Assembly: GCF_902713615.1 (NCBI RefSeq)
Contig: NC_052152.1
Location: forward strand, 51,621,810-51,685,809
Origin: Scyliorhinus canicula
Taxonomy: Eukaryota
Reading direction: 5' to 3'
Length of the DNA stretch: 64,000 nt
The position numbers and the translations under genes are program-made. Position 1 is the stretch's first letter. Every line of letters starts with the position of its first letter. This document shows, one piece after another, positions 13,289 to 26,870 of this stretch. Under the pieces are notes generated by a model that worked only from the letters and a program-made list of their open reading frames with translations, was not told where the DNA came from and ran no database searches.

Positions 13289-13961
13289 GGGCGGGATTCC
13301 CCCGTACCCGGCGGGGCGGGGGTTCCCGGCGGGACGGTGTGGCGTGAACCACTCCGCCGTCGGGCTGCCCCAAAGGTGCAGAATCCTCCGCACCTTCAGG
13401 GGCTAGGCTGGCGCTGGAGTGGTTTGCGCCCCACCAGCCGCCGTGGAAGGCCTTGGGCGCCGCACTAGCCGGGCCAAAGGGACCCTGCCGGCCAGCGCAG
13501 GTCCACGCATGCGCGGAGCGTCAGTAGCTGCTGACGTTATCCCCGTGCATGCATGGGGGGGGGTTTCACCTACACGTTGGCCATTGCAGAGGCTGACACG
13601 GCCGGCGCGTAGGGCAAGAGTGCCCCTACAGCACAGGCCTGCCCGCGGATCGGTGGGCCCCTATCGCCCCGCGCACCCCCCCCAGGACATCGGAGCCCGC
13701 CCGCGCCGCCGGGTCTTGCCGGTAAGGGACCTAGTCTGATCTACGCCGGCGGGACTGGCAAAGAACGGGCGGGACTTTGGCCCATCGCGGGTCGGAGAAT
13801 CGCCGGGGGGGCCGCTGCGAACAGCCGCCGACCGGCGCGGCGCGATTCCCGCCCCCGCGAATCTCCGGTGCCGGAGAATTCGGTAGCCGGCAGGGGCGGG
13901 ATTCACGCTGCCCCCCGGCGATTCTCCGACCCGGCGGGGGGGGGGGTCGGAGAATCCCACC
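13289..13961. mobile_element. GC-rich MITE of the same TIR family
   Basis: TIRs GGGCGGGATTC / GAATCCCACCC. Flanks ATG / ACG, consistent with a 3-bp TSD carrying one change. Confidence 0.7.
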
Positions 13962-14038
13962 CACGGACTGTAAAGAGCTGAGGCCCAAGTACTGATCCTT
14001 GTGCTGTCCAACTGGTTACAGCAAAAAATGACCCATTT

Positions 14039-16695
14039 GACTTCCAGTGGCGGCGATGTGCTGGGCGGACGCACATCAAGTGGTTCTCCTCCCAAATGAA
14101 CCCAACGGGCAATTTATTGGGAATTTCGGCTTAAAAAGCCCAGCGAAAGATGAAAGACGTAAGAAAGGAACATGCCTGGCAATAACAAACAGAGGGGTCG
14201 GCGAGATATTAGGAGCAGTAGCGAAGGAAAGGGGCAGGAACAGCGGGCATGCAGAAAGGCGGCCACACGAGGCGACACTGAGGTTCAGGCGAACCAGGAG
14301 GGGGAAAAGCCAGCGAACCAATCAGCGGAGCAGGAGGAGGATGCGGCGACCACCCCCCCCTACCCCTCAACTCCACTCCCACCCCCACACAGGGAGACAA
14401 ATGGAGAAGCGTGCTGAAAAAGGAGCTAAACGCCATGAAGTAGGCGATCATGACGGAGCTCCACACGATGATGAAGGAGGTGACGTCCGAGGCGACAAAC
14501 ACAATGCAGCGAACCATAGAAGGTCTGGGAAGGAAGCTAGAGGCACAGGAGAAAACAATCCTGGAGTTGGAGAATTCTGCTTTGCACCAGAGTGACAGGA
14601 TTGTAGCTCTGGAAGCCGAACTGAGAAGGTTGGTGATGGCCCAGGGGAGCCTAAGAGGGAAAGTGGAGGACCAGGAAGACAGGTCCAGAATGTCAGAATA
14701 GTGGTAGTGGGCCTACCAGAGGTGATAGAGAGTAGAGACCCAATGGGCTACATCACCCAAATGCTGGGCAAGCTAGTGGGGAGGAAGGACTTTCCAAATC
14801 TCCCAGAAATGGACAGGGCACACAGGTCGCTTTGGCCCAGGCCCAAAGCCGAGGAGCAACCCAGAGAGCTGCACCCGGTTACAGTACCGAGGCAACGGTG
14901 AAAGCTGCAGGGGCTGGAAAAAGGATCGTAACAGAGAGCGGAGGGCAGACTGCAAACCGATACAATAATGACATGAACTTCATGCATATGTCTTTTTACG
15001 CAGGACTGTGCTGCCTCATTTTCAAGCTCGTCTCTTCCCTCAATGTGATGAGGAGGGACAGGGCAAGGGGAGCGAGAGTGAGAAAAGCAGGCAGGAGGGT
15101 GAGATAAGGGGTGGAAGGAGGAGGGTGAAGGAGGGCCAGAGCTAGACAAGCACTGGGAGGGCACCGTACTAGAGAGGCCAACAGGGGAGGGCAGAAAGCA
15201 AGGGTGGGCCACGGCGCACCTCTCAGGGGAGAGGGAACGCCTAGCACAAATTGGAGGGGGAGGAGGTAGAAGTGGGGAAGAAATCAGAGGGGGCTCAGAA
15301 GGACAGGGGCTGGGAGGGTGAGAGGAGTTGGGGGGAGGGAGCGCAGGACAGACAAGAAGCAAAAGGAAAGTTGGAGGAAGAGAAACGAAACGGGCGCAGG
15401 CCTCGGTAGGGCGAGGAACCAGGATGGCACTGCAAGTAGCCACTCGGGAGGGCCCCAGGGCGAAGTGAGACCCTGGAGTGCAGGGGTGCATCCACGTGGT
15501 GTACAGATAGTTGGTGGCCATGTTGGGTGCTCCCTGGACAAAGGGAAACCCCGGAGCGCTGGGGCCCGACCACATGGTGAGAGCGGCAACCGTGGCCATT
15601 TTGGATGGCCCCCTAACAAAGGGGCACCCCGGAGGGCAGGGGCGCATCCATCAGGTAAGTATGGGTGATCCCGCAGGACTGGGGGGGGGGGGTCGGAAAC
15701 CCCCCATCAGAACTGTTACCTGGAACGTAAGGGGACTCAATGGCCCGGTGAAAAGATCCAGAGTCTTCGCCCACTTCAGAAGCCTAAAAGCCGACATAAT
15801 TTACCTGCAAGAGACGCACCTGAGGGAGAAGGACCGACTGCTGATAAGGAAGGGCTGAGTGGGACAGACGTACCATTCATGCTACGGGACGAGGGCTAGG
15901 GGGTGGCAATACTAATTAACAAGAGGACAAAGTTTACAGAAACCAAGACAGTTACGGAACCAGGGGGACGGTATGTCATGGTCAGCTGTGTCCTGGAAGG
16001 GGCACCGGTGGTACTGGCAAATGTGTACGCCAGAGCTACACATGGGGGAGGGGGCCAACGCCCTTGCTTTCGCTTCCCTATTCGCACGCCGGAGAATCCT
16101 GCTCGGCTGGCGAGCAGCAGCACCACCCAAAGCTGCAGACTGGCTCGCTGACCTCTCTGAATTTCACCACCTGGAGAAGATTAAGTTAGCCATCCGAGGG
16201 TCACAGTAAGGCTTCTTCGATACATAGTGGCAGTTCGTCAGGCTGTTCTAAAAACTGTTCGAGGCCAGCAACGAGGAGTAAGTTAAAAATACAGGAGAGG
16301 AAGACAGGGGGGAAAAAACAAGATAGATGAGGAACCAAAGAACTGCGCAACCCAGGGGGAGAAGAAGATGGAAGGAAGGTGGAAAAGCCACAAAAAAGGA
16401 GAAGGGGGAGGGGGGTAACCATCCCTCCCTGAACACAAAAGCAAAGCATTGCTGAAGCCAACAGTGGGGGGGGGGGGGGGTTACACAAGGTGGGAGAGGG
16501 CGGGGGTGCGTGGAGACAGAAGAGACCATAGACCGAACCAGAAGTTGGAGAAATGTATATAGGGTCAATTAAAGGAAGGGCAGGATAAACCTTTCTGTAC
16601 AATAAAGTAATTTAACGCAGGGAAGTCAAATGTGATGTATATATACATCAATTGTTTATAAATATGAAAACTGTCAATAAAAAGATTTTTTTTTT
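14039..16695 (+). mobile_element. Second L1-clade LINE with TSD, heavily internally deleted
   Basis: ORF1 fragments at 14450-14900 and the endonuclease start (TVTWNVRGLN..QETHL) at 15710. Jumps at about 16030 to the ORF2 C-terminus. 13-bp TSD aaatgaccca(t/c)tt at 14026-14038 and 16696-16708. Confidence 0.85.
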
Positions 16696-17403
16696 AAATG
16701 ACCCACTTATTTCTGCTCATTAACCAATCCTTCATCGGAGCTTGCTGCCAGCTTCATCATCGCCCTTGTGCAGTACCGGCCGTGAACACTGCTCGCACTA
16801 GCACTACTGGTGCATTGAGAGGTACTGGTCTCTGATTGGCCAGCAGCTCTCTCAGTCAGTCTTTCTGTCTCCAAAAGACATAAATGTCACCTTCAAGCAC
16901 TGGTTTTGAACTGACTGCGAGGCAGGTTTTCTTCCCCTGTAGGCTCCCCCACCGCACGGCTCCCCCCCCCCCCCCCCCCCCCAACCCCCATCCCCACCCA
17001 CAAAATCTGAAGGAGACCAAGGACACCAACTAGTGATGATTTGCCATTCCTACTGTAAAAACATTGATATTCCATCGTTCTGCAGTCATCATAGAGCACA
17101 GCAAACATGGAAAACAGAGGTGATATTGACTTACCTTCATAAAACTGCCCGCCCATGAGACCACCAGCATGGTCTCATTTCCTTAACACAGGCTTTCCCG
17201 TTACTCATTGACTAGGCTGCCCAGTTAACAGTTCTCACCTCATATTCGGCATTCCCCTTCCACACTACCATGACCTCACACTGCCACTTGTACCATGACC
17301 TTCAATCCTCACATTGCCACCAAATCCATGGAAAATGCACAGTAATTCAAAACTTCAAAATAAATGCAACACTCGAAAAGTTGTGTCAATCTTTCTTGCT
17401 TAC

Positions 17404-18140
17404 CTTCACCCTGAAGAACACACTTGCTGGGATCAACTGCCTTTGTGACAATGATTCCGAATACTTCAAATCCATCACATTGTCCCGCTCTCTCCTGTGG
17501 CTGGAACTGCATTCCATCATCCTCTCCAGGGTGAGTACTGTAACCAATTTTATTCAGCTGTTTCAACCGGTTGACTACCACACATTTGGTTAGAAGGATT
17601 TCCACATGAGAGCCACTCGTCAGCAAGTGCTCTGTGAAATCCACTCCAGTCCTCATATCTGCCAGGATCTGGTCCAATTGTATCTGCTGCAGATTCAGGG
17701 AGTTCTCCCTCTGGGCTCTCAGCTCCTCCAGTTCTTTCAAAAGTTGATTCCGATGGTTTTCCAATGCTCTGATATAACCGTCTGTAAAGTTATTAATTTC
17801 TTTGGCCATCATTCCCAGTCGTTCTTGTACCAGCTGCCGAGCATTAGCAATCTTTTGCAAAGTCTCCTGCAGAGCACCGATATGTGGCTGTGTTTGCTTC
17901 AGTAGCTCCCTGATGAAACTGCCATGCTTGCTAATGACACTAGCAATAAAGTCACAGTTATGTCCTCTGTGGTCCACCATACAACAATCGCGGCAGACCA
18001 GACGATCACATGTCTCACAAAACATCCTCAGCTCCTCCGCAGGATGAGCAGAGCATATGATGGGCTGAACGAGTCTCTCATTTCCACCTTGCAGGTCCCT
18101 CAGCGCCACTGTGTTGTGAGAAGCAGTCATCTTCTGCCTC
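17404..18140 (-). CDS. TRIM45: TRIM45 coding exon 2 (B-box 2, coiled coil, start of filamin repeat)
   Basis: Acceptor cttcctgcag|G and donor GAAG|gtaagc. 737 nt, reading RQKMTASH..CSAHPAEELRMFCETCDRLVCRDCCMVDHRGHNC..VDPSKCVLQGE. In frame with the flanking exons. Confidence 0.95.
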
Positions 18141-18499
18141 CTGCAGGAAGGATTTGTTTCACAGCTTAACTATCATGACCACCAAGATTAATTTCTGATT
18201 TTGATGAGGTAAATTTAACTGCAATGTGGTCAATCTCATATCATTTATTAATTCTCAACAAAGACATCTTCCATTGAAAAAAGCTCAATGAAAAGAATGA
18301 AACAACCCTGGCTAGCTAAGGAAGTGATGCATGGTGTCAAATTGAGAACAATCCATACAATGCTGAGAAGATTAGTGATAGGCCAGAAAAGGATGACTAT
18401 GAAAAAGAAAAATAAGTCAAAAAGGAGGAGTGAATCAGCAAGAAATATAAAAATAGACAGTAAGAGTTTCAACATTTAAATTTAAAAATTAGAGTACCT

Positions 18500-21400
18500 A
18501 AATTAAATGTGAATCAGTTAGAGGATGAGATGGAAAATTGGTCATGGAAAACAAGGAAATGGTTGACTTGTACCAAATATTTTATATTTGCCTTCCTAGT
18601 AGAAGAAAATTAAAAGCATCTCAAAATAGTAGAAAACCAGGAGGAAATTTATGGAGAAAAAATGCTTGGCGAACGAAAGGGACTAAAGATGGATAAACCC
18701 ACTGTCCGTGTGGAGTTTGCACGTTCTCCCCGTGTCTGCGTGGGTTTCGCCCCCACAACCCAAAAATGTGCAAAGTAGGTGGATTGGCCACGCTAAATTG
18801 CCCCTTAATTGGAAAAAAATAATTGGCTAATCCAAATTTATTTTTAAAAAAATAAATAAATAAAGATGGATAAACCTCCTCCACCCGAGGGCTTGAATCC
18901 TAGGTTCTTGTCGGATGTGGCTGCAGAATAATGGACACATTGGTTGTAATTTTCCAAAATGCTCTAGATTCTGGAACGGTCCCAGGGAATTCGAAACTGC
19001 AAATGTAAAGTCCCTATTCAGAAGAGGAGGCAGACAGAAAGCCAGTTAGCCTATTTTATGTCAGTGGGGAAATGCAGGAATTTATTTGTGGAAATAACGT
19101 AGGACATTTACATAGAAACATAGTAAATAGGAGCAGGAGGAGGACATTCAGCATTTCCAGCCTGCTCCGCCATTCATTCTGATCATGGCTGATCATCCAA
19201 CTCAGTAACCTGTTCCCATTTTCTCCCCATATCCTTTGGTCCTTTTAGCCCCAAGAGCTATATCTAACTCATTCTTGAAAACGTACAAAGTTTTCGCCTC
19301 AACTGCTTTCTGTGGTAGAGAATTTCACAGGCTTACCACTCTCTGGGTGAATAAATTTCTCCTCAGCTCAGTCCTAAATGGTTTATCCCATGTCCTTAGA
19401 CTGTGAATATTGGTTTTGAACACCCCGCCCTCCCTGCATCTACCAGAATTTCATAGGTTTCTAGGAGACTCTTCCCCCCCATTGTCCTAACTTCCAGTGG
19501 ATATAATCCTAACCAACTCAATCTCTCCTCATACGTCAGTCCCACCATCCCAGGAATCAATCTGGTAAACCTTTGCTGCACTCCCTTTAGAGCAAGAAAA
19601 TCCTTCCTCAGATAAGACCACCAAAACTATATTCCTGCCATGGTCTCACTGAGGCCCTCTATAATTGCAACAAGACATCCCTGCTTCTGTACTCAAATCC
19701 TGTTGCTACGAAGGCCAACATACCATTTGTCTTATTTACTGCCTGCTGTATCTGCATGCTTACTTTTAGTGACTGGTGTACGAGGACACCCAGGTCTCGT
19801 TGCACATTCCCCTCTCTAAATTTATAGCCATTCAGATAATAATCTGCCTTCCTGTTTTTGCGATCTAAGTGAATAACCATTCTCACATCTCATTCTTATT
19901 TGGCCATCTCATGGCATGATGATGGCAGAGGATGAACAGCAGCACCCGCTCGCTACCACACTTAGAAATTTTTCTGGAGAATCATGCTCATTGTTTCTTG
20001 TCTGTCAACCAGTTTTCTATCCATCTGAATACACTACCCCCAAAACTATGCACTTTAATTTTATACATTAATCTCTTATTTGGAAGGCACATGTCAAAAG
20101 AATAGAATCCCTACAGTGCAGAACGAGGGTATTTGGCCCATCAAGTCTATGCTGACCCTCTGAAAGAGCACCCTACCTAAACCCATTCCCCTGCAACCCC
20201 ATAATCCCACCTAATCTTTGGACACTAAGGGGTAATTATCATGGCCAATCCACCTCCCCTGTACAATGTTGGCCTGTGGAAGGAAACCAGAGCACCCGGG
20301 GACAAAGTGCAAACTCCACAGTTACCCAAGATTGGAATTGAACCCGGGTCACTGGTGCTCTGAGGCAGCAGTGCTAACTACTGTGCCTCCATGCTGCCCT
20401 GAAAACCTTCTGAAAGTTTAAATAAACCACATCCGCTGTGGAGGACACAAGAATTACAGAAATACACAGTATAGAAGTTTCCCTTCAGCCCATTGAGTTC
20501 TGCACCGACACATGAAAAACACCTGACCTGCCTACTTAATCCCATTTGCCAGAACCTGTTTTATAGCCTTAAATATTATGACATGCCAAGAATTCATCCA
20601 GGTACTTCTTAAAAGGATGTGAGGCAACCCATCTCTACCACCCTCCCAGACAGTGCATTTCAGATCGTCACCACTCTCTGGGTAAATGGGTTTTCCTCAC
20701 ATCCCCCCTAAACCTCCTGCCCTCACCTTGAGCTGGTGTCCTTTTGTAACTGACTCTTCAACTAAGGGGAACAGCTGCTCCCTATCCACCATGTCTATGC
20801 CCCTCATGATTTTATACTTGTCAATCAGGTCACCCCTCAGTCTTCCCTCCTCCAACGAAAACAACCCAAGTCTATTCAACCTCTTAAATGATTCATAGAA
20901 TCATAGAATTTACAGTGCAGGAAGCCATTCAGCCCATTGAGTTTGCACCAGCCTTTGGAAAGAGGACCCTACTTAAGCCCACACCTTCACGCTAAACCCG
21001 TAACCCAGTAATCTCTCCTTCAGAATTTTCTCCAATAGTTTCCCTACCACTGACGTGAGACTCACTGGTCTGCAGGTTCCTGGCTTACCTCTACAACTCT
21101 TCTTAAATAGTGCAACTACATTAGCTGCTCTCCAGTCCTCTGGCACCTTCCCCGTGGCCTAAGAGGAATTAAAAATTTGGGTCAGAGTCCCTCCAATCTC
21201 CTCCTTCACGTCCCACAGCAGCCTGGCATACAATTCATCCAGACCTGGAGATTTCCCCACTTTTAAGCTTGCTAACACCTCCAATACCTCATCACTCCCT
21301 CTGTCAATTTGCTCAAGAACCTTGCAGTCTCTCTCCCCGAGTTCCATACCTAAATCCTCAATTTCCTGGGTGAAGATGGATGTGACGTATCGGTTCAACA

Positions 21401-21670
21401 CCCTGCCAATGTCCTCTTGCTTCACCCACACATTTCCCCCGTGGTCCTTGATGAGTCCTATTCTTTCCCTGGTTGTCCTCTTCCCATTGATATACTTACA
21501 GAATATCTTGGGATTTTCCCAACTTTTACCAGTTAGAGCTTTCTCATATGCCCTTTTTGCTCTCCTAATTGCTTTCTTCAGCTCCATCCTGCACTTTCTC
21601 AACTCCATTAATGCCTCTGTGGATTTGCTCCCTTTGTACCTGCTAAAAGTTTCTCTTTTCCTTCTCTGGA
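18500..21670. mobile_element. Cluster of decayed CR1-clade LINE fragments in TRIM45 intron, both orientations
   Basis: CR1 ORF2-like translations (QRRFTRLIPG, QRDLGVLVH, KSPGLDELY) with stops and frameshifts. Confidence 0.75.
18700..18860 (+). mobile_element. 5'-truncated A-tailed V-SINE
   Basis: Nearly identical to the 24746 copy, with perfect 16-bp TSD taaagatggataaacc. Confidence 0.85.
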
Positions 21671-22069
21671 AAGGAAGAAAAATAGATTACTATGTGGACA
21701 AAACTTTGGCAAATGCAATGTCATATGGGAGTCTCCCATGTTCTACGCTGCTTAAACATGAGCTCATCTAACTCTGCTGTCAACCAAGTCCCCTTTACCG
21801 ATCACCCTTCTGCTTGCTGACCTATACTGGTTCAGGTGAAGAAACTCCCCTTTTAACATACACATTCTTTGTTTTCAAACATGGTTTAGCTTAGTTGGCT
21901 GGACAACTAGTTTGGGATGTTGAGCAAAACCTGGAGCGCCAGTTTAATTCCCATACCGCCTTCTCAACTTTGTGGTGACCCTCAGGTTAAATCACCAGCC
22001 GGCATTCCCTCAAAAGGGAAAGCAGCTGATGGTCATCTGGGACTATGACAACTTTACTTATATATGTAT

Positions 22070-22102
22070 ATACACACACACACACACACGCACACACACA
22101 CA
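22070..22102 (+). repeat. (CA)n microsatellite
   Basis: Direct reading. Confidence 0.85.
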
Positions 22103-22209
22103 AGTTCATCTTGGGATAAATGGGATGCCGGTATAGTTCACTAGAATAATTTTCTGTGCATGTGATAAACAAAGCTTTAAGAATGCTGTCAAACCCCAGT
22201 GACCCTTAC

Positions 22210-22667
22210 CTGTGTGCTTTTGAACAGAAATCACAGAGATTTGTCGAGCAGATGTGACATCTTCTTTCAGCATTTCCATCGTTACAAAGATCACAGACTA
22301 TCCTGCAGTTGGATCTCTTCAGGCTCTCCAATAAAACTTCATTCAGAATCAGATGGTTACTGGTCAGCCCTCGAAGACCAGCAGCGGGTACGTGCACCTC
22401 ATAATCACAGACTGGGCACAGGATACAGGCCGCAGACTCGGTGCAGTCCAGAGATCCTCCTGATCCAGACTCACCTTCCCCTCGAGTCCTGGGAACGGAG
22501 AACTGCTGCAAGCTTCGAACACAGTCTAGGCAGAACGTGTGAAGACAAGGCAAGATCTTCGGATCGGTGTAAACGTTTTTACAAATCAAACACTGTATTC
22601 TGCAGCTCCTTGGACGTTCTGAACTCGTCGAACATGTTGTAAAAGCATTTTCCTGACACTCCGACAT
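22210..22667 (-). CDS. TRIM45: TRIM45 first coding exon (RING finger + start of B-box 1)
   Basis: ATG at 22667 (MSECQE...). RING pattern CLIC..PCLHTFC..CPVC, then B-box CDLC..RCHICSTNLCDFCSKAHR. GT donor (AG|gtaagg) after 22210, phase 2. A probable acceptor at 22689-22691 implies an upstream non-coding exon. Confidence 0.93.
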
Positions 22668-24745
22668 TTTTGGATAACGCACACACGCCTAAATCAAATT
22701 AAATTTCCTAAATTCAAAGTATATTTTAAAAATCTCAAAATCCTCAAGAGTTCTGATTGGTTGATAACAATTGTTAAACAAGATTATAAATCTGAATTTT
22801 AAATACTTTTCTTCATTTGATTTTTTTTCCACAGTAGCTTACTGACCTACAGGGTCGAAAATATGTTTTTCATCCTTTAAAACTCTCCACCCTTTTTCTC
22901 TGCAATATCAAGGCAAATTCCTAATAAAGATGATTTTAGAAATCAAGTCATGTCGCCAGCCCCAGAATGTTAAATCACTATTTTAAATCCTTAATGCATA
23001 TTGCAGATGTTGTCAAGCGATCAAAGATGTTAAATTTCCAACCATGTTGTAACTAATCGCCTAATTTGCAGACAGTGATCATTATTATAATGTAGGCCAC
23101 CAACTATGGTCATCTGGTGTATCAAACAGCACCAGGTTAATTAATGTCTTCCTACTGAATATAAATCAAACTTTCTCTAGTCTCAAGTCCCCGTTCTTTG
23201 CTCAAACAGAAGAATCAACTCCGACAACTTTCCATTACTTTGTTTCTTTAGACATTCCCCGTTGTTTAAATCCTCATTGTGCAAAATCAGATTATGCTAA
23301 AAACGTGCAACATCGAACTATTAGTCCAGGTTGAAGTTTCCAAAGCGAAGGAGTTTCCAACAAAACTTTTCTCCCAAATTCGTCACTTTTAAACATTCCC
23401 CAACTTCTCTTGTGATTGACAGCCAGGCAGACCAACCAGCAGTCCGCACACCCAGCTCAATCCACCAATCTAAAACAGGAACGTTAGATTAAACAATACT
23501 CCGCAGTTTTTCCTGAGCCGAGAGTTTCCTCCAAGCTTCAAGTGGTCGTGGCTGGGCGCTGCTGCCAGTGCAGGTCTGGAGGGCTCGTAGCAAGACATCC
23601 AGCCCGTCCCAAGTCGTTTCATGTGTGTTCACAAAAGTCAATTACACCTGTCAAATTTGCATCAAAGCAAAACACTCAAAATGCTGGAAATATACAGTAA
23701 CATCTGTGGACTGAACAGAAAAGTCAACATTTCCTTGAAGGGAGCCTTCGTTCAGTTGGTAACATGTTGATCTCGGAGTCAGAAGGTTGTAGGTTGAAGC
23801 CCCACTATCTCCAGTGCAGTGCTGAGGGTATATTCCTCTGTCAGAGGGACCCATCTTTCAGATCAGATCAAACCAAGGCATCATCTGCTCTGTAGAAGAG
23901 TCAAAAGGACTAACTCTGTTCTTCTTTCTCCAGACATTATTTATTAAATAATAGAGCCCACGTTTGAAATATGAGCTGTTGTTTCAAATGGGCAAAAACA
24001 AAAAGCATGACACACCATAAGGCCACTTTAAGAAAATTATTCAGTACATTTCCCTTCTCTTCAATAAACCTAGAATAAAATCCGAACTCTTGCTGGACTC
24101 TTTCCATCCACTTGCATTTTAGCACAGATATCCCGCAGAGTAGTAGAGCTGGAGGAGATTACAGCTTTAGGGAGGGGCATGGTCAGGGATGGATTTGAAA
24201 ACAAGGATAAGGATGTTAAAATCGTCTGCTTGGAGCTAATGTAGGTCAGCGAGCAGAATGGAACTTGGCAAGATTTAGGATATGGACAGAGTTTTGGATG
24301 AGTTCAAGCTTATGAAAGGTCCATGGGGGGGGGGGGGGGGGTTAATTGGGTGAGGGTGGAGCCAACCAGGAGATAGTCAAGTGCGGAGGTAACAAAGGCA
24401 TGGATATATATGATTGTTTCCTTGAGAATAACATGACTAACCCACCTCCTGACTCATAAAACCTGTCCACTATCTACAAGGTATGAGCACGGAGTGGGAT
24501 GGAACATTTCCCACTTGCCTGGATATATGCACCTCCAATAAAACATGAGAAGCTCAGCACCATCTAGGGAAAATCAGCTATGTTATACTGAGAGGATGGT
24601 GGTGCTGTAGTGGCATCCTAGCACTAGTAATTGGCTGGGGGACACGAGTTTAAATTGTAGCTGATAAAACTTAAATTCAATTCATTAATAAATCTGGAAT
24701 AGAAAGCAAGTGTCAATGATGATGATCATTAAATCATCATCAACA

Positions 24746-24976
24746 GAGGGCAGCACGGTGGCCTAGTGGTTAGCACAACCGCCTCACGGCGCTGAGGTCC
24801 CAGGTTCGATCCCGGCTCTGGGTCACTGTCCGTGTGGAGTTTGCACATTCTCCCCGTGTTTGCGTGGGTTTCGCCCCCACAACCCAAAAATGTGCAGAGT
24901 AGGTGGATTGGCCACGCTAAATTGCCCCTTAATTAGAAAAAATAATTGGCTAATCTAAATTTAAAAAAAAAAAAAA
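24746..24976 (+). mobile_element. Full-length A-tailed tRNA-derived V-SINE nested in a Deu-SINE
   Basis: tRNA-like A and B boxes, V-domain (gtggagtttgcacattctccccgtg), poly-A tail and perfect 15-bp TSD aaatcatcatcaaca. Confidence 0.88.
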
Positions 24977-25459
24977 AAATCATCATCAACATTTGGAAAA
25001 ACCCCTCTGGTTCACTCATGTCTTTTGAGGAAGAAAATCTGCTATCCTTACCTGGTCTGGCCGAAATGTGACTCCAGATCATACACTATGGTTGACCCTT
25101 ATGACCACCCCAATCAATTCAACGACAATTAGGGTTTGGAAACAAATGTTGGCTTTGCCAATTATGCCCAAATGCCATAAAAGAATAACAGAAAATCTTG
25201 ATCAGCGCCCCATCACTACCATAAACACTCACTCTCTCCACCACCGCTGTGTAGTGGCAGGAGTGTGCACCATTTACAAGATGCGCTGCAGCAACTTGCT
25301 AAAGCTCCAACAACAGCAATTTCCAAATCTGCAACCTCTACCACTTAGAAAATCATCGGCAACAGATGCATCGCAACACCATCATCTGCGTGTTCCTCAT
25401 CACACAAAGTCACACAACATCCTGTTTTGGAAATATATTGCCACTCCTTCACTGTCATT

Positions 25460-26870
25460 AGGCCTAAGTTTATACAAAACGTGGAGGAGACAGAAAGCAG
25501 GAAACTACAGGCCAGCTAAATTAACACCTGCCATAGGGAAAATGTTAGAAGATATAATTAAAAACGTTAGAGCAGGGCATTTGGAAAAATTCATGGTAAT
25601 CAGGCAGAGTCAACATGGTTTTGTGAAAGGGAAATCATGTTTCACCAATTTATTGAAGTTGTTTGAAGAGGGGGGTCTTAAAAGCTCTAGTTAATGAGGT
25701 AGTAAATGCATTGGCGTTAATTTTCCAAAATTCCCTAGATTTTGAAAGGTTCCATCAGACTGTAAAGTAACAAATATAACCGCTCTATTCAAGAAGGGGG
25801 AGAGGCAGAAAGTAAGAAACTATGGGCCAGTTATCTTGACATCTGTCATGGGAAAGATGTTCGAATGGATCATTAAATAGGTTATAGTGTGGCACTTAGA
25901 AAAACTCACGGTATCGAGAAGAGTCAACATGGTTTTATAAAAGGGTAAATTATGTTTAACCAATTTATTAGATTCATTGAAGGAATAACATGTGCCAGTA
26001 TCCCGAATGACAGAACCATGTGTGGTCCATGCCGTCGGGACTTCGGCCAGTCGGGGGCGGAGAATGGCGGGGTGGGCCTCCAGCAATGGCCGCAGGTAGG
26101 GGATACGCGGGGGTACATCGCTTTTCAGGGGCCGGAGAATCGGGGAACCGGCGTCGGTCCCGATTCCATGCACGAAAGTGGATTCTCTGCCCCGGCGCCG
26201 GGCGTGATTTCGGTGTCAGGGTGACGAGAATCCAGCCCATGGTTGCTAAATTTGCTGATGCTACAAAGATAGGTAGGAAAGTAAGATGTGAAATGGACAC
26301 AAGACGTCTTTAAAGAGATATAGATAGGTTGAGTGAGTGGGCAAAAATCTGGCAACTGGAGTATAATGTGAGGAAATGTGTCCCATTTTGGCAAGGAAAA
26401 CAAAAAAAGAAACATATTATCTAAATGGGGAGAGATTGCAGAGCTCTGAGGTGCAGAGGGATCAGGGTGTCATAGTGTATAAATCACAAAGGTTAGTGTG
26501 CAGCTACAGCAAGTAATTAGGAAAGTTAGTAGAATATTATCAGTTATTGTAAGGGAGATTGAATACAAAAGTAGGGAGGTCGTGCTTCAGTTATACAGGA
26601 CATTTGGTGAGACCACATCCGGAGTATATCGTACAGTATTGGTCTCCTTATTCAAGGAAGGATGTAATTGTATCGGAAGCAGTTCAGAGAAGGTTCACTA
26701 AACTAATACCTGGATTGGGTGGGTTGTCTCATGAGGAAAGGTTTGACAGGATAGGCTTGTATCTGCTGGAGTTTAGAAGAGGAAGAGGTGACCTGATTGA
26801 AACATTTAAGATCCTGAGGGGTCTTTATAGGGTGGATGTGGAAAGGATGTTTCCTCTTGTGGGAGCAATA
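25460..26870 (+). mobile_element. Decayed CR1-clade LINE fragments interrupted by a MITE remnant
   Basis: SQHGFVKGKSC, VAKFADATK, RPHPEY..QYWSP and AVQRRFTKLIPG motifs. Confidence 0.8.

Noticed and set aside
23400-23640. TRIM45 promoter or bidirectional promoter
   Set aside because: Mildly GC-rich with one CCAAT at about 23465, but the TSS and upstream exon cannot be fixed from sequence alone.
24748-24830. tRNA gene calls at SINE heads
   Set aside because: The A/B boxes continue into the V-domain SINE body and there is no complete cloverleaf.
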